The position numbers were made by a program, and so were the translations under genes. Shown here piece by piece: positions 45,839 through 56,983 of a stretch of DNA of 64,000 nt; the stretch's first letter is position 1; every line of letters begins with the position of its first letter. The DNA is taken from contig OY970192.1 in NCBI GenBank assembly GCA_963708135.1, positions 160,001 through 224,000 on the forward strand. The letters run 5' to 3'. The notes under the pieces were generated by a model that was given only the letters and a program-made list of their open reading frames with translations, did not search any database and was not told the DNA's origin. The DNA comes from an uncultured Gemmatimonadales bacterium. GTDB lineage: Bacteria > Gemmatimonadota > Gemmatimonadetes > Longimicrobiales > RSA9.

Positions 45839-47926
45839 CTACCTGTCCGCCGCGGCGGCCTTCCCCTCTCCCCTCACCCATTCGCCGAACCAGGCGAGGA
45901 TGTGCGGGGTGACATCCATCAGCAGCTTCGGCTCGCGCGGGCCGTGCGGCGTGCGCGGGAACACGACCATCTGAGTGGGCACGCCGAGGCGCTGGAGCGC
46001 GTGGTAGAACTCGTAGCCCTGGAACGTCGGCACCCGCTGGTCCTGCGCGCCGTGCAGGATCTGGAGCGGCGTCTTCACGTTCTCGACGGCGTACATGGCC
46101 GAGTGCGCCTGGTAGTCCTTGAAGTCCTGCCACGGCAGCTTGCCGCCCATGTGCGCGATCAGGTAGTCCCCGATGTCGGTGGTCATGGTCATGCTCACGA
46201 GGTCGGGCAGCCCGGCGCCCATGCTCGCGGCCTTGAAGCGATTCGTGTGGCTCACGATCCACGAGGTCATGTAGCCGCCGTAGCTCCACCCCATCTCCGC
46301 CAGCGAATCCGGCGTGGTGATCCCCATGGCCAGCGCCCGGTCCACGCCCGCCATGAGGTCCCGGAAATCGCCGCCGCCCCAGTCATCCACGTTGGCGTAG
46401 CGGAACGCCTTGCCGTAGCCGACGCTGCCGCGCGGGTTCGGCCGCAGGATCGCGTAGCCGTTCTGCGCGAAGACCTGGAGCAGGTAGGCGCCCGGTCCGC
46501 CCGTGAACGATTGCGTGAACGCGCCCGCCGGGCCGCCGTGCACGTTCAGGATGAGCGGCACCTTCTTGCCGGGCGTGTAGCCCACGGGATAGGTGAGCAG
46601 CCCCTCGATCGTGTACGGCCCGCTCTTCCACGTGACTAGCTCCGTCCGGCCCATCGGCGGCTCCGGGACGTCGGCGTTCACCGCGGACAGCTTCGTCGGC
46701 TCGATCGCGCTGGTGGGCGAGACGTACACGTCCGCGGGCGTGTCCGGGTCCTGCCAGGTGAGCGCGAAGCGCGGCGCGCGCGCGGCGAGGGACACGTCGC
46801 CGATCACACCGGTGCGGGGCAGCAGCGTGCGCGTCGGGCCGCCATCCGCCGGCACCACGATGATCCCCGTCTGCGTGTGGACGGTCTCCTCGGCGTACAG
46901 CGTCTTCCCGTCCGCCGACCAGGCGACGAGCGACGCCTCGCGGTCCGGCGTGTCGGCCAGCTTCCGCGGCGTGCCTCCCTGCGCGGGCACCACCCAGACA
47001 TCGTTCAGCCCGACCGGCTCCGGACGGCCGCCGTTCGACGTGAACGCCACCGTCCGACCATCCGGCGAGTACAGCGGGCTCGCATCCACGCCGGGCCGCG
47101 TGACCAGCGGGCGCACGGCGCCGCCCGTCGAGGGCACCACCGAGATGTCCGCCTCGACCTGCCCCACCCCGATGCGCGGGTCCGGCTGATGCGCGAACAC
47201 GATCGCGCTGCCATCCGGCGCCCAGTCGAAGCGCCGCACCTGGAACTTGCCCGACGTGAGCCGCGTCACCGCGTGCTTCCCCTCCGCATCCTTCGCCAGC
47301 GCCACCGTGTACAGGTGCGAGTAGTGGAACACGCTGTCCACGATGTACTCGTCCCGCTTCTCCTCCTCCCGCTTCTTCTCCTCGCTCGTCACGGTGTCGC
47401 GCGAGGTGTAGGCGATCCGCGCGCCATCAGGCGACCACGCGAAGCGCTCCACCCCGGTCGCCGCCGTCGTGAGCGGCCACGCCTCGCCCCCCGCGAGCGG
47501 CAGGACCCACACCTGCGCCTTCGCGTCCTTGCCGCCGCGCGTCGAGACGAACGCCAGCTCCGTCCCGTCCGGGCTGAACGCCGGCTGGCTCGCCGAGGCC
47601 TCCCCCTGCGTGTACTGCCGGTCGCTCGAGCCGTCCGCCGCCGCCACGTGGATCTGCGACACCCACTTCGACTCCTTCCCCTTCATCTCCGCCGAGCGCA
47701 CCACGTAGGCGACGAGGCCGCCCTCCGCCGAGATCGCCGTGCCGCCGACCCCCCGGTAGCGCATCGACAGCGCGGGCGTCCATCCCCCGCCGTCCTGCGC
47801 GCGTAGCGGCCGCGGGCCGCACAGCGAGCCGAGCGCCGCCAGGGCGAGGACCACGAGCGCGGGCAGCGGGCCCGTGCGGCGAACGCCGCCGGGGCGAGAG
47901 CTGATCGAGAGGGCGGGGGAACGCAT
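45839..47926 (-). CDS. S9 family peptidase (prolyl oligopeptidase / acylaminoacyl peptidase-like), secreted
   Basis: AGGAGG RBS; PD40-like propeller repeats, HGGP, GWSYGG, 'HGAQDQRVP', 'PHG'. Confidence 0.92.
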   Translation of the reverse strand: MRSPALSISSRPGGVRRTGPLPALVVLALAALGSLCGPRPLRAQDGGGWTPALSMRYRGVGGTAISAEGGLVAYVVRSAEMKGKESKWVSQIHVAAADGSSDRQYTQGEASASQPAFSPDGTELAFVSTRGGKDAKAQVWVLPLAGGEAWPLTTAATGVERFAWSPDGARIAYTSRDTVTSEEKKREEEKRDEYIVDSVFHYSHLYTVALAKDAEGKHAVTRLTSGKFQVRRFDWAPDGSAIVFAHQPDPRIGVGQVEADISVVPSTGGAVRPLVTRPGVDASPLYSPDGRTVAFTSNGGRPEPVGLNDVWVVPAQGGTPRKLADTPDREASLVAWSADGKTLYAEETVHTQTGIIVVPADGGPTRTLLPRTGVIGDVSLAARAPRFALTWQDPDTPADVYVSPTSAIEPTKLSAVNADVPEPPMGRTELVTWKSGPYTIEGLLTYPVGYTPGKKVPLILNVHGGPAGAFTQSFTGGPGAYLLQVFAQNGYAILRPNPRGSVGYGKAFRYANVDDWGGGDFRDLMAGVDRALAMGITTPDSLAEMGWSYGGYMTSWIVSHTNRFKAASMGAGLPDLVSMTMTTDIGDYLIAHMGGKLPWQDFKDYQAHSAMYAVENVKTPLQILHGAQDQRVPTFQGYEFYHALQRLGVPTQMVVFPRTPHGPREPKLLMDVTPHILAWFGEWVRGEGKAAAADR

Positions 47927-48311
47927 CGCGAGGACCTCCTGTCGCGGGAACGAGCGCGCGGCCGGACGCGGGGTCCGGTGCCGAGCGGTGGTGCAAGTGC
48001 AGGGGAATCGTGCGTGCGCCCGCGGGCCGTGCGGCGGTCCGTGCCGCGCGCGCACCGAACCAGTATGCACAGATGAATTCAGCGGCGCCACTCCCTCGCG
48101 GCGGCCCCCACGTGCCGCCGGCCGGCGGAGATGCGGGGAACCGGCGGCCGCGTCGTCGCCTTCGCGTTCGCGTTCAGGGGGCGCCGGGGGCGGATGGCGT
48201 TCGGGCGCGCGCCGGCGACGTCGCCGTCACGTCGTCGCCATCGGCCGATGCCCCGCTTTCGCGCCGCGCGCCTCCGGCCGCCCGGCCGACCCGCACCACC
48301 GGAGGATCACC

Positions 48312-48869
48312 ATGCGAACGCTCCCCACCCTCGTCTGCGCGGGCGCAGTGCTGCTCGCGCTGGCATGCGACGGCTCCGACCGCTCCACGGCCCCCGCGTC
48401 CGGACGCATCTCGGCCGACCGCTCGATCTCGAGCGAGGGTGGCGACGACGAGGGCGCTGGCGGCCAGGCGGTGCTCGACTTCCGGAGCCTGACGCCGAAC
48501 GTGCTCACCGGAACGGCGGGCGCCATCCGCGGCGTGCCCGCGGGCGGGCTGCCGTGGTTGTTGCAGCGGGCGAGGGCGCGGTTGACCGCCGGCGACCGCC
48601 TCCGCGTCGAGGTCCGCGGCCTCGTGCTCGCGGCCGGCCCCGCCGCGGGCACCAACCCGGTCCCGCAATTCCGGGCGACCCTCAGCTGTCTCGTGGAGAA
48701 CGGCGCCGGGACCGGGTACGACACCGTCAACGTGTCGTCCGACCCCGTGCCGGCATCGACCGCCGGCGACGCCACGATCGACCAGACCATCGCCGTGCCC
48801 GCGCGCTGCCTGGCGCCCGCCATCTTCGTCACCTCGCCCGGCGGCGCGTGGTTCGCGATCTCCGGCTGA
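48312..48869 (+). CDS. Putative lipoprotein
   Basis: GGAGG RBS; lipobox ALAC; 'IRGVPAGGLPW', 'GTNPVPQF..LSC', 'CLAPAIFV..WFA'. Confidence 0.8.
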   Translation: MRTLPTLVCAGAVLLALACDGSDRSTAPASGRISADRSISSEGGDDEGAGGQAVLDFRSLTPNVLTGTAGAIRGVPAGGLPWLLQRARARLTAGDRLRVEVRGLVLAAGPAAGTNPVPQFRATLSCLVENGAGTGYDTVNVSSDPVPASTAGDATIDQTIAVPARCLAPAIFVTSPGGAWFAISG

Positions 48870-49013
48870 AGAGGGGCGGGGGGCCGCCCGCTGCGGCGCG
48901 GATCGCCGGGCCGGCCCCCCGGGCTCGTCGCTTGACTCGCGCCATTCCCCGGCCGAGCTTCCAGCGAGCGTCCGATCGGGATTCGATCCATCTGACTCCG
49001 GAGGCGAGCTGCC

Positions 49014-49231
49014 ATGCGCATCGAGGCCGAACGCCTCCTGAAGCAGGCGGAACGCGATCTCCTCAATGCCGCGCGGAACGTGGGGATCGAGGCGTACGAG
49101 GTGGCCGCGTTCCTCGCCTCGCAGGCGGTCGAGAAGTACCTGAAGGGAGCATGGATCGAGCTCCGCGGTGAGGCCCCGCCGCCGCGGCCACGGAGGCTTT
49201 CGAATGGCTGCGCACGCTGACGCGCGTCTGA
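49014..49231 (+). pseudogene. HEPN domain gene with internal deletion
   Basis: N-terminus 'QAERDL..A...AFLASQAVEKYLKG...PP' joins out of frame to C-terminal 'ATEAFEWLRTLTRV*'. Confidence 0.75.
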
Positions 49232-49539
49232 CCCGCTTCCGCGACGAGCTCCTGCCGGTGATCGTGACGCGCTTCCATCCGGAGCGCGTGATCGCGTTCG
49301 GCTCACGCGTCGGCGGGAGGCCGCTGCGCTCGAGCGACCTCGATCTGATCGTGGTGGCGCGGGCGTTCGAGGGCGTGCCGTGGCTCGACCGTCAGGTGCG
49401 GGTGCAGGAGGCGATCGGCGCACCCTTCGCCATGGACATCCTCTGCTATACGCCGCCCGAGTTCGCGCGGAAACGCGACGAGATCGGGATCGTCCGGACC
49501 GCCGCCCTCGAGGGAGTGGAGCTGTACCCGGCTGCCTGA
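49204..49539 (+). CDS. Minimal nucleotidyltransferase (MNT) antitoxin
   Basis: 'FGSR...SDLDLIVV', 'DILCYTPPEF'; overlaps HEPN end. Confidence 0.85.
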   Translation: MAAHADARLTRFRDELLPVIVTRFHPERVIAFGSRVGGRPLRSSDLDLIVVARAFEGVPWLDRQVRVQEAIGAPFAMDILCYTPPEFARKRDEIGIVRTAALEGVELYPAA

Positions 49540-49566
49540 AGCGTCGCGACGGCCGCCTTCCCGCCT

Positions 49567-52253
49567 CTACTCCGACCTCAGCGCCCCCACCGGATCCACC
49601 CTCGCCGCGCGCCACGCGGGCAGGAGCGCGGCGGCGGCCGCCGTGGCGAGCAGCACGAGCGCGACGGCGGCCATGACAAGGGGGTCGTGGGGCGAGGTGT
49701 CGTACAGCAGCGAGGCGACGAGGCGGCCCGCCGCGAGCGCGAGCGCGCAGCCGACCACCACGCCGATCACGACCAGCCGCAGGCCCTCCGCGAGGACCAT
49801 CTCCAGCACATCCGCCGCGCGTGCGCCGAGCGCCATGCGCACGCCGATCTCGTGCGTGCGCTGGCTGAAGGCGTAGGCGAGCGCGCTGTAGATGCCGAAC
49901 GCGGCCACGACGAGCGCGAGGAGGCCGAGGGCGGTGAAAAGCCCCGCGCCCAGGCGCCACTGGCGGTACTGTGGGGCGAGGTGGTCGGTCATCCGTTGCA
50001 CGCGCGGCAGCGCGGAGGGGAAGGCCTCGTGCACGGCCGTGTGGTGGCGGCGGCCGCGGCGTCGAGCCGGCCGGGCCGGGCGCGGACGACCAGGACCCGC
50101 GGGGTCTGCAATCCCAGCGTGTCGGAGGTGTCGAGCGGGAGGTAGAACTGCATCGTCGGCTGCTCGACGACGCTGCTCTGCCTTCCGTTCTCGACGACAC
50201 CGATGACGGTCGTGCAGGGGCTGGTGTCGGCGCCGACGCGAATGCAGCGGCCGAGCGGGTCCTGCCCGGGCCAGAGCGCGCGCGCCATGGTGCGGTTGAC
50301 GATGACGCTGCGCGGTCCGCCCGCGCCGTCGCCCGCGTCGAAGGCGCGCCCGCGCAGGACGCGCAGCCCAACCGTGGCGAAGTAGCTCGGCGAGACCGCC
50401 ATCCAGCTCGGGTAGCCGTACTCGGGGGAGGGCGGCAAGGGGCCGCCGGGCAGGAAGACGCTGGAGATGCTGTAGCCCTCCATCGGGGCGGCGGATCCCA
50501 GCGCGACCGCCTCGACCCCCGGCATCCGGCGCAGCCGTTCGGCCGCCCGGGCGAGCCCCGCCTCGCGGTCCGCGGCGGCGGGGGCCGTGCCCTCCCAGGT
50601 CGGCCGCGAGTAGACCAGCCGCTCCTCGTCGTAGCCGGTGTCCACGCCCTCGACCCGCTCGAGGCTGCGGACGAAGAGCCCAGCGCCCACGAGCAGCACG
50701 ACCGAGAGCGCGGCCTGGAGAACGATCAGCGCGTCGCGCAGGCGCGAGCGCCGGCCGCCGCCCTCGCGCGGGCCGTCCCTGAGCGCCCGGGTCAGCACGG
50801 GGCGCGTGGTCTGGAGCGCGGGGGCGAGGCCGGTGAGCAGACCGCAGGCGAGCGTCGCCAGGAGGATGACGAGCACGGCGCGGCCGCCGAGCACGGGTCC
50901 CGCCCAGTGGGTCCGCGGCAGGAGCGCCGCCCGAAGCGCCTCGCCGCCCCAGATGCCGAGGAGGAGGGCGCCACAAGCCGCGAGCGCGGACAGCAGCAGG
51001 CTCTCCGTCACGAGCTGGGCCACCAGGCGACGCCGCCCGATGCCGAGCGCCAGCCGCACCGCGATCTCGCGGCGCCGCCGCATGCCCCGGGCGAGGAGCA
51101 GGTTGGCCACGTTGGCGCACGCGATGAGGAGGACGATCAGCGCCACGCCGGCGAGCCGCGTCGTGATCGGGATGCCGCTCGCCTTCTCCGTGGGGCCGCG
51201 GGCGGCGATGAGCGGCCCGGTCGAGACGCTCACCAGCGTGTCGGCCGTCTCGCGCCGATCGGTGGCGCGGGCCGCCGCCCCGGCGCCCGCCGTGGCAGCG
51301 GCCGCGAGCTGGCGCGGTGTGCTCCCCGGCGCCGGCCGGGCGAGCACGGCGAGGATCTGGTGGGGGAACTCGTACCATGGGATGGTCTGGCCGGCCACGA
51401 CCGTGCCCGGCCCCGGCATGAGGGCCAGCGGGAGCCAGACGTCCGCCGCATCGAGCTCCGTGCCCCGGAAGCCGGGCGGCGCGACGCCGACGACGACGTA
51501 CCGATCCCTATCGAGCTCTATGGTTTGGCCGAGGATGGCGGGGTCGGCGCCGAAGCGCGTGCGCCAGAGCGCGTCGCCTACGACCGCGACGCGGGCGCCG
51601 GCGCCCATCCGCTCCTCGCCCGGCGCGAAGAAGCGGCCGCGCTCGGGATGGATCCCGAGCAGATCGAAGTAGTTCGCCCCCGCCCAGACCACCGTGAGCT
51701 CTGGCTCGTCCTCGCCCCGCCCGAGCGGTACCCTGGTGGAGCGCTGATAGGCGGCCACCGCCCCGAGCCCGCCCGACGCCGACCGCATGGCCTCCAGGGC
51801 CATGTAGCTGAACCCGCCGGACTCGACTGGCTGGCCATGCCCGTCTCGGGAGGAGTGGTAGAGCCGCACCACGCGCTCCGGCTGCGCCACCCCCGCCGGC
51901 TCGCGCAGGAAGATGCGGTCGAGGAGCGAGAAGACCGCCGCGTTCGCGCCCAGACCGAGGGCGAGCGTGATCACGACCGCCGCCGTGAGCCCCGGCGAGC
52001 GGGCCAGGCCGCGGATCGCGTAGCGGAAGTCCTGGGCGAGCTGCTCGAGCCACACGCCGCCCCACATGTCGCGCGTGACCTCGCGGATGAGCGCCTCGTT
52101 GCCGAGCTCGCGACGCGCGGCGCGCTCGGCCTCCTCGCGGCTCTCGCCGCGGGCCATGCGGTCGCGCAGGGCCAGGGCGAGATGCGCCTCGAGCTCCGCG
52201 CGGAGCTCGGCGTGGCGGCGGGCGCGGTGGCGGAAGAAAGGGAAGGGGGTCAT
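49567..52253 (-). pseudogene. ADOP-type duplicated permease with one frameshift near 50045 (pseudogene or sequence error)
   Basis: ORF 49989-52253 carries N-terminal part; last TM block 'THEIGVRMALGA...PAWRAARVDPVGALRSE' is in another frame. Confidence 0.8.
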
Positions 52254-52257
52254 CCGG

Positions 52258-52406
52258 CTACTCCGTGCTCAGCGCGCCGACCGGCTCGACCCTGGCCGCG
52301 CGGCACGCGGGTGGGGCGCCTCGTCGGTGCGGAGGCGACGTCGCCTGAAGCGGGCAGGGCTGGCCGCCTGACGTCGCCTGCGGCGTCCAGGCTCCGGCGC
52401 GCCATC
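52258..52406 (-). pseudogene. Collapsed ADOP gene: coupled start plus 3' end only
   Basis: ATG overlaps padR stop (TGATG); about 100 bp later 'PACRAARVEPVGALSTE*' matches the permease C-terminus. Confidence 0.7.
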
Positions 52407-52764
52407 ACGCCTCCTCCGGCGACGCCGGCGGCGCCAGCACCGCCGCGATCGCGTCGCTCAGCGCCTCCCAGCGCGAGCGCTCCTCCGCCAGGCGCTTCCG
52501 CCCGGCGGCCGTCAGCTCGTACAGCCGCACGCGCTGGTTCTGGTCCGAGACGCCCCACTCCGCACGGACCAGCTTCTGCCGCTCCAGCCGGTGCAGCGCC
52601 GGGTAGAGCGAGCCCGTGTTGACCTGCAGCACCTGCGCCGAGCGCGCCCGGATCATCTGCGCGATGCCGTAGCCGTGGCCGGGGCCCCAGCGCAGGGTCT
52701 GGAGGATCAGCAGGTCGAGCGTGCCCTGGAGGAGCTCGATGCGGGAGAGAGGCTTTCTGGGCAT
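52405..52764 (-). CDS. PadR family regulator (acidobacterial 'LLQGTLDLLIL' subtype)
   Basis: 'LLQGTLDLLILQTL..HGYGIA..GSLYPALHRLE..YELTAAGRKRL'. Confidence 0.93.
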   Translation of the reverse strand: MPRKPLSRIELLQGTLDLLILQTLRWGPGHGYGIAQMIRARSAQVLQVNTGSLYPALHRLERQKLVRAEWGVSDQNQRVRLYELTAAGRKRLAEERSRWEALSDAIAAVLAPPASPEEA

Positions 52765-52871
52765 CTCGGGGCGTCTCGGGTTCGAGGCTCGGGGCTCGCG
52801 ACGCGGCATGCGGGATGCGGGATGCGGCTCGCCGCTCCGCTCACCTCGCGCCGCGAATCACGCGCCGCGCT

Positions 52872-52931
52872 TGGGTGTAGACGGCCTACACCCATAGGGA
52901 GTAGATAATCTACCCCCTGTGTGGCTGTCAA
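52872..52931 (-). promoter_or_regulatory. Two dyad boxes and a TTGACA -35 hexamer upstream of padR
   Basis: TGGGTGTAG-N5-CTACACCCA (52872-52894); GTAGA-TAA-TCTAC (52901-52913); minus-strand TTGACA at 52931-52926. Confidence 0.7.
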
Positions 52932-52935
52932 GGGT

Positions 52936-53215
<280 letters not shown>

Positions 53216-53234
53216 AGCGATTTAACTTGCTTCC

Positions 53235-53525
53235 ATGTCCAGGAAGAAGACCTATTCTACCTATGAGGCCAAGGCCCGCTTCTCCGAGATCCTGCGGGCC
53301 GTGCGCGAGCGTGGCGAGACGGTGACCGTCTCCTACCACGGCGAGCCGGTGGCGGAGATCCGGCCGCTGCCTCGCCCGGAAGCTGAGGATCCGCTCACGG
53401 CGAGAGTCCGGGCGCTCGAGGCGCAGGGCGTGGTGGTGGCCGCGGAGGGTGGCGGTGGGCCGCGCAGGATCGCACGGCGCCGGGGCTCGTTGTCGCGGTT
53501 CCTGGCCGAGCGGGACGCCGAATGA
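53235..53525 (+). CDS. Phd/YefM family antitoxin
   Basis: 'YSTYEAKARFSEILRAV..GETVTVSYHGEPVAEIRP'. Confidence 0.9.
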   Translation: MSRKKTYSTYEAKARFSEILRAVRERGETVTVSYHGEPVAEIRPLPRPEAEDPLTARVRALEAQGVVVAAEGGGGPRRIARRRGSLSRFLAERDAE

Positions 53526-53911
53526 AGGCGGCGTACGTCAACACATCCTGCTTGGTTGCCGTCGCCTTCGGTGAGCCGGGCGCGGCGAAGCTGGGGCGCC
53601 GGCTGGAGACGTATGACGCGCTGTTCTCATCGAACCTGTTGGAGGCCGAGCTTCGGGCGGCTTTCGCGCGTGAGAAGGTGTCGTTCGAGCCGGACCTGCT
53701 CGGGGGCGTGAGCTGGGTGCTCCCGGGCCGCCCGCTCGGCCCCGAGTTCGAGCGTGTGCTCTCGGCGGGATATGTCCGCGGAGCGGACCTCTGGCATGTG
53801 GCAACCGCCCTCTACCTTGCCGAGGACCCGTCGGATCTCACCTTCCTGACCCTGGATGCGCGGCAGGGCGAGGTGGCGGCGAAGCTCGGATTCCCCGGAG
53901 AGAAGATGTAG
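53522..53911 (+). CDS. PIN domain (VapC-like) toxin; first acidic residue is Asn
   Basis: 'YVNTSCL', 'LLEAEL', 'RGADLWHVATAL', 'FLTLDARQ'; ATGA-coupled to antitoxin. Confidence 0.85.
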   Translation: MKAAYVNTSCLVAVAFGEPGAAKLGRRLETYDALFSSNLLEAELRAAFAREKVSFEPDLLGGVSWVLPGRPLGPEFERVLSAGYVRGADLWHVATALYLAEDPSDLTFLTLDARQGEVAAKLGFPGEKM

Positions 53912-53960
53912 TCGCTCGGCCGTTGGCGGCGCTGCGGACGGAGCTGCGGGGCGGCGGCGT

Positions 53961-54131
53961 ACACAATCGACCAATCGCGGTCGCCGCGAGCTCGGTTGGC
54001 ACTTTGTGTGCGCCATGCGAACACAATGTGACGCCGGTTCGCCGCGGCGGCCGACCGCTTGCACATTGGATTCGCTATCCGTACACAATGCGCGTCTCGT
54101 CCGCTGCCGCGCCGCGATTGGTGGATTGTGT
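53961..54131. repeat. 171-bp palindromic element, copy 1
   Basis: Terminal inverted repeat ACACAATCGACCAATCGCGG / CCGCGATTGGTGGATTGTGT (19/20); ACACAA at 53961, 54021, 54083. Confidence 0.85.
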
Positions 54132-54213
54132 TCGCTCGGGGCGAGCCGAACTGCCGCCGGCGACGACTGGTTCGCAGGACGCTCCAATGGCCGTCCGCTT
54201 CCGGCCCGCGGCG

Positions 54214-54310
54214 TCCCGGGCCCCGAGCCCCGAGCCCCGAGCCCCGCGTCCCGAGCCCCGTGTCCCGCATCCCGCATCCCGCGTCCCGCATCCCGCATCC
54301 CGCATCCCGC
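54214..54310. repeat. Heptamer array GCCCCGA grading into ATCCCGC
   Basis: About 14 consecutive heptamers ending 14 bp before ATG 54325. Confidence 0.9.
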
Positions 54311-54324
54311 ACAGGATCGCGCCC

Positions 54325-56778
54325 ATGCCCGACCTCATCCGCGATGCCCGCCTGGCGCTGCGCTCCTTCGGCCGCAGCCCGCTCTTCACCGCGACCGCCG
54401 TGGTCACGCTCGCCCTCGGCATCGGGGCGACGACGGCGATCTTCAGCGCCGTGAACCGCATCCTGCTTCACCCGCTGCCGTTCCGTGGCGGGGATCGGCT
54501 GGTCTACGTTTGGCGGCAGAACCCGAACGCGTCGTTCATGGTGACGCCGAGCGCCGGGGTGGTGGCCGAATGGCTGCATGGCACGCGCTCGACGCTCGAG
54601 GGAATTCAGCCGCTCGACAAGCAGCCGCTCGACCTCGAGTCCGGGGGTGAAACGCGGCGGATCGTCGCCGAGGACGTGCGGCCGTCGTTCCTCTCGTTCC
54701 TGGGAGTGGCGCCGGCGCTGGGCCGGGGCTTCGCGGCGGATGAGGCGCGTCCCGGCGGGGCGGCCGTGGTCATGCTCGGCCACGCCTTCTGGATGAGCCG
54801 ATTCGGAGGCCGGAAGGACGTGCTCGGGCGGACGATCCGGCTGGACGGCGTGCCGGCGGTCGTGGTCGGCGTCATGCCGGCGCGCCTCGCCCTCTTCGAA
54901 GAGGCGGACGTGTGGCGGCCGCTGCGGCTCGCCGCCGCGGACACGGCGAGCTTCCAGGGCTACCAGGTGCTGGCCCGGTTGCGCCCGGGCGCGACGCCGG
55001 AGGCGGCCGGGCGGGAGCTCGATGCGCTCGCGGCCCGCGTGCCGGCCGGCCCGTTCAGCGGCTGGAAGACGCGGCTGCTGCGGCCGCAGCACTTCCTGGA
55101 CGACACGCTGCAGCGCGGGCTGCCGATCCTGTTCGGCGCCGTCGCTTTCGTGTTGCTCCTCGCCTGCGCGAACGTGGGGCTGCTGCTGCTCGCGCGGGGG
55201 GCCGGCCGGCGTCGCGAGATCGGGATCCGCCTGGCGCTCGGCGCGGGGCGGCGTCGCATTGCGCGGCAGCTCGTGGTGGAGGCGATGTGCCTGGCGGGCG
55301 CGGGCGGCGCGCTGGGGCTGGTGCTCGCGTGGTGGGGCGTGCGGGCGCTCTCGGCGCTCCGGCCGGAGAGTCTGCCGGAGCTGGAGCACATCGGCATGGA
55401 CGGACACGTGATCGTGGCCGCGCTGCTCCTGGCCGTGCTGGCGGCGCTGCTCGCCGGCGCCTTCCCGGCCTTGCGCGCAAGCGACGTCGCGCCGGCGGAC
55501 GCCCTCCGCGCGGGCGCACGCGCGGGAGGCGGCGGCTCGGGCAGCGGGCGGGGGCGGAGCGCCATCGTCGCCTTCGAGATGATGCTCTCGATCGTGCTGC
55601 TCGTGAGCGCGGGCCTGCTCGTGCGGAGCCTCATCGCGCGGCAGCGGGCGGACCTCGGCTTCCGCGCCGAGGGCCTGCTGACGGTGCGGACGACGTTGCC
55701 GAAGGCAGGCGACGCGGGGGCCGTCGATGCCGCGGCGTTCGACGCGACGCTGCTCGCGCGCGTCCGTGGGCTGCCCGGCATCACGGGCGCGACCATCGCG
55801 ACCGGCGCGCCGCCGCAGTACGGCGTCATGGGGCTGGGCGGCTGGGAGAGCGCGGGCGAGGGCGCGCTGGGCGAGCGGGCGCCGCGCCAGGTCGCGGTGG
55901 ACATGGTCCGGCCGGACTTCTTCCGCGTCCTGGGCATCCCGCTCGTGGCGGGCCGCACGTTCACGGAGGCGGAGGACGAGGCGGGCGCGTCCGTGGCCGT
56001 CATCAGCCGGGGCCTGGCGACGCGGCTGTTCCCCGGCGAGAGCGCGCTCGGCCGGCGCCTGCGCAGCGGCGCTCCGGCCGCCGGGCCGGGCGGTGGGCGG
56101 AGCAGCGCCCCGAGGAGCTGGGTCACGGTGATCGGCGTCGCCCGCGACGTCGCCGGCAACGGCATCGCCGGCGATGCGCGGCACCTGCAGTGGTATTCGC
56201 CCTACGGAAAGGGGCCGCGCTTGCCCGGCGCGCCGCCGCTGGCGGGGCTGCTGATCGTGCGCACGTCCGGCCGCGCGGCGGCGCTCGCGCCGCTCATCCG
56301 CGGCATCGTGCGCTCGATCGATCCGCACATTCCCGCGCCCGAGATCGCCACCGTCCCGTCGAAATTCGCCGAGCGCCTGGCCGGGCCGCGCTTCGAAACC
56401 GTGCTGCTCGGTCTGTTCGCCGCGCTCGCGCTCGCCCTCGCCGCCATCGCCCTCTTCGGCGTGCTGAGCTATGCCGTGGCGCAGCGGACGCGCGAGCTCG
56501 GGATCCGCGTCGCCCTGGGCGCCCAAAGCCACGATGTGCGCGCGCTCGTCGTGCGCCAGGGCATGCTCCCGGCGCTGGCCGGCCTCACCCTGGGCATCGG
56601 CGTCGCCCTCGTCGCCTCGCGGCTGCTCCGCGGCCTGCTCTACGGCGTCGAGCCGACGGACGCGACGGCCTTCGCCGCCGCCGCCGCCGTCCTCGCCGCC
56701 ACGGCCCTCGCCGCGTGCTACATCCCCGCCCGCCGGGCGACCCGCGTCGATCCGATCGTGGCGCTGAGGGCGGAGTAG
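54325..56778 (+). CDS. ADOP-type duplicated permease, no N-terminal prefix
   Basis: 'DARLALRSF', 'TLALGIGATTAIFS', 'ACANV', two 'RE.GIR.ALGA', 'RVDPIVALRAE'. Confidence 0.92.
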   Translation: MPDLIRDARLALRSFGRSPLFTATAVVTLALGIGATTAIFSAVNRILLHPLPFRGGDRLVYVWRQNPNASFMVTPSAGVVAEWLHGTRSTLEGIQPLDKQPLDLESGGETRRIVAEDVRPSFLSFLGVAPALGRGFAADEARPGGAAVVMLGHAFWMSRFGGRKDVLGRTIRLDGVPAVVVGVMPARLALFEEADVWRPLRLAAADTASFQGYQVLARLRPGATPEAAGRELDALAARVPAGPFSGWKTRLLRPQHFLDDTLQRGLPILFGAVAFVLLLACANVGLLLLARGAGRRREIGIRLALGAGRRRIARQLVVEAMCLAGAGGALGLVLAWWGVRALSALRPESLPELEHIGMDGHVIVAALLLAVLAALLAGAFPALRASDVAPADALRAGARAGGGGSGSGRGRSAIVAFEMMLSIVLLVSAGLLVRSLIARQRADLGFRAEGLLTVRTTLPKAGDAGAVDAAAFDATLLARVRGLPGITGATIATGAPPQYGVMGLGGWESAGEGALGERAPRQVAVDMVRPDFFRVLGIPLVAGRTFTEAEDEAGASVAVISRGLATRLFPGESALGRRLRSGAPAAGPGGGRSSAPRSWVTVIGVARDVAGNGIAGDARHLQWYSPYGKGPRLPGAPPLAGLLIVRTSGRAAALAPLIRGIVRSIDPHIPAPEIATVPSKFAERLAGPRFETVLLGLFAALALALAAIALFGVLSYAVAQRTRELGIRVALGAQSHDVRALVVRQGMLPALAGLTLGIGVALVASRLLRGLLYGVEPTDATAFAAAAAVLAATALAACYIPARRATRVDPIVALRAE

Positions 56779-56812
56779 GGCGGGCGGTCGCGGTGGGTCC
56801 GGACGGCGGCGC

Positions 56813-56983
56813 ACACAACCGACCAATCGGACTCGCCGCGAGCTCGGTTGCCGGTTTTTGTGCGCCATGCGAACACGATGTGACGCCCGTTCGCTGCCGC
56901 CGCCGACCGCTTGCACATTGGATGCGCTATCCGTACACAATGCGCGTCTCGTCCGCTGCCGCGCAGCGATTGGCGGATTGTGT
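56813..56983. repeat. 171-bp palindromic element, copy 2
   Basis: Same length and largely same sequence as 53961-54131; shared homology extends about 35 bp downstream. Confidence 0.85.

Noticed and set aside
53961..54131. Mini-CRISPR or tRNA reading of the ~61-bp spaced ACACAA motifs
   Set aside because: Conserved part is only about 6-12 bp, both copies share the same 'spacers', and there is no cloverleaf or T-loop motif
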